A stretch of 64,000 nucleotides of DNA. Source: the human T2T-CHM13v2.0 reference genome, Homo sapiens. The stretch lies in NCBI RefSeq assembly GCF_009914755.1, contig NC_060940.1; one strand, given 5' to 3'. Shown in pieces: positions 60,351 through 64,000 of the stretch (the first letter of the stretch is position 1; each line of letters opens with the position of its first letter). The translations under genes were made by a program, and so were the position numbers. The notes beneath the pieces were generated by a model. That model was not told the origin of the DNA and searched no databases. It saw only the letters and a list, made by a program, of their open reading frames with translations.

Positions 60351-61269
60351 GGACTCCAAGCCTACCAACCTAAAATTCAAGACAGATGGATTCAAGGTTC
60401 GTAATGGACTTCAACAAATTTCTTTTTCTTCCAGACTAGGTCATTCATGCTTTCTCCTCTTAGACATGAGTTGAATTTGTGAACAATGAGATATCATATT
60501 GCCAAAGAGAGAAACACATTGATTTTTCTTACAGTGCTAGTCACAAAATTTAAAGGAGAAATGAGTGCATTATCAAATTTGCTAAAAGTGACAATAATAG
60601 TAGTAAAAATAATCTGAACAGTTGAAGAAAATGCAGAACTTTGCCCCACTAGATCCTATTACTTCTTCTTCCTGCCATTCCATTTTGCAACGTGTTTGTG
60701 TAGCAGTAGAGGGCTAATGGTATTCCCAGAAAGGCAAAAGAATGTGGAATAGCAAAGTATTCCCTAAATAATTTCCACAAAGAAAATGAAGAGAAGATTT
60801 GTATGTATGAATTAATTTCTGTCTACCGTACACAGTGAAACACATTTCATATGTGTTCTCTTATGTATTTGTGGTCCCATCTTTCAAATGAAGAAATAGA
60901 TCTTTCTTCCACAATCCTCAGCCATCAAATGGGAAATTATAGGTACGAAGTTACCTTCAAGACAACAAGTAGCAAGCCTTTATTGCCTTACCACATAGTT
61001 TCTTATTTGAAAATAATAGAAGTATACACAAAATGTTTTGGCTTTCTACATTTTTATTACCATTGACATTGTAACCTTGAAAACTATAAAGGCTCACAGC
61101 TATATAAGATAATTTTAAAACACTGTCTCTATTCATAGCATTTACATCTCCTCCAGACCTACAACGTTAAGTCAAAGACAAATCATAGCTATGTTTTATT
61201 ACCTGGAGAGGGTTACTGCAGTATTTTAACTATGAGCACCTGAATTTCCTTCTTTTTCTCCATAGATTT

Positions 61270-61670
61270 GGTTTGGACAGTACTGTATAGTGGAGGTTGG
61301 CCCAGGAAAGACCGAGAGAAGAGTAGGGAACTGAGATCAGGAAGAAAGAAAAACTAATACATTTTGTAGTTTCAACCAAGATATCACTGTGAGCAGCTGC
61401 AGCTGAGGTGAAACTTGCTGGGGAATATTGGAGAACAGTGTAGAACGTCAAAATTATTCTATCCAAGGGGGAGAAAGCTAGAGTATTTATATAACCATTC
61501 CCATCAATTATTGGTTGTGGGTTGCCCTTGGGGTGGTAAGGAGCATTAATTCCCTGGCATTTCTTACCTGCTATGCACACTGAAAGAACTGGTTCCAATG
61601 TCCAGAGATGCTGACAAAGAGATGAAGGTTCTGGGAGTAGGAGGGCAAGTAGGTGCACAATTGGGCACAT
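61270..61670 (-). mobile_element. LTR16-like ERVL LTR
   Basis: GGAGAACAGTGTAGAAC...AAGCTAGAGTATTTATA...ATTGGTTGTGGGTTGCCC...CATTAATTCCCTGGCA. Confidence 0.6.
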
Positions 61671-62699
61671 AAGGGCAAAAAAGCATCAAAATGTTAACAG
61701 TGTTATTTATTAATGGTGAGATAATGGACAATTAATACATGTATTCTATTTATGTATTGATATTATATAAATATTTTATCATAAACATGTACTACATATG
61801 AAAATAGAATAAAATAATAGCCGAGGGATATTTTTTCCTGACACTTCAGCATCATTATCTAGGTACCATGCTATTAAGAATAGACACTTACGTACTTTTT
61901 AAAAATGCCTTCTAAAGACTCCATTGCTGAAAATCTAGTGTCACATTAATTAATTGCTTTTTATTTAGTTCTTCCTTTTTAGAGGGTTCATATAAGAATT
62001 GGGTTTGATTTCATTATTATTATCATTTTTCAGTTCACCATTTTACATCAGAGGACACATACACTGAGCCAAGACCCTAATTTATACCATCACTGTAAGA
62101 CATCTCAACTGAACTCTGTGTTGTTAAATGGTGGTGGTGGGAGAAGGGCTTCCTGCAGAGGAAGGAATAGGTTTCTGTCCTATCTGAAGCTTTCTGCCTG
62201 TAAATGTAATAATAATCCCTTTGGGCCAAGGGAACTATTGCCCAGATTAATATTTAGGTGTAAATTGGAAACAATTTTAATCTAATAGGAGGAAATCAGA
62301 AAGTTTTCATTATTGCATATTTTATATAGTCAGATTCACAGATGTATTACCCAATGTTGGATATGTTACTGGTTTTGACCTAATTTCAATACCAAAAAAA
62401 TCATACTAATGTATGTTCTTCTTTTATTCTTTAATTATTGTCAGAATGTGACACTTAAAAGGTGAAAAGTTTTAATAGAAGAATGATCATTTATTATTAA
62501 ATTACACCATGATAAATACTTCATGTTAAAACACAAAGAAATAAAGTTTGAAGTTCTTTTCCTATTTTATTCCAAATAAGAGATATTACCTAATTACTTC
62601 AATGTTCTGTATCCATGATCCTTTTTGCCTCCTATTTATCTATCTATCATCTATATCTGTCTGCCTGCCATAAAATGCTTAAAATTAATGACTCAAGTT

Positions 62700-63597
<898 letters not shown>

Positions 63598-63626
<29 letters not shown>
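63598..63626. repeat. (TG)n microsatellite
   Basis: About 14 TG units. Confidence 0.9.
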
Positions 63627-64000
63627 TTCAAATAATCACTCCTCTTTAGGTAGATGTTCATGGGACATAATCAGGAAAGCTGTTTTCATTGATATTTCCC
63701 AAGGTCAGCCTTATTATCTTCCCAGGGACTTCCCACCACTCCCCTGGTAAACTTACCATATCTCCTTCCAAGATATCTCTTCACCCATAAATCCATCATC
63801 ATGACTGATGGGCCCATGCTCTGATAACCCAATATCTGAAAGCAAGCCATGCAAGAGTGAACATAGTGTCTTTTATTCCTGATCTCACTCAGAAGACATT
63901 CAAAGGCAAAGCCAAATCCTGGAGGACAGAAGATAGTAATGCAGTCTCATTACCCCTTTTGAGATCTGTTTCCTCAATCACAGCTTCCCGCAACACACCC

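Noticed and set aside
61230-61670. 146-aa ORF
   Set aside because: It coincides with an old LTR16-like repeat and has no recognisable domain

Overview
This is AT-rich, CpG-poor primate (human-like) intergenic or intronic DNA. I find no intact protein-coding gene, RNA gene or CRISPR array. The one gene-derived feature is a full-length processed pseudogene of APOO (MIC26) on the minus strand at about 12353-13417. It retains the 5'UTR, a CDS with 4 frameshifting indels, the 3'UTR, a poly(A) tail and TSDs, and its 5' part is unusually CpG-rich. Most of the rest is transposable elements: five Alus, L1PA, L1PB and ancient L1M copies, several LTRs (THE1, MLT1 with an internal remnant, MER41B, MER66-like, MER21A, LTR47-like, LTR16-like), MIR, L2, L3 and MER58. 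The most notable structures are a MER41B LTR that keeps both tandem STAT GAS motifs and is split by an L1 (MIR>MER41B>L1PA nesting), a twin-primed inverted L1PB with a secondary 30-bp hairpin, an ancient L1 5'UTR built from ~240-bp monomers, and an unexplained 42-bp diverged repeat 501 bp apart. I see no evidence for a novel multi-gene biological system. Repeat subfamily names come from remembered consensus sequences and need RepeatMasker/Dfam confirmation.
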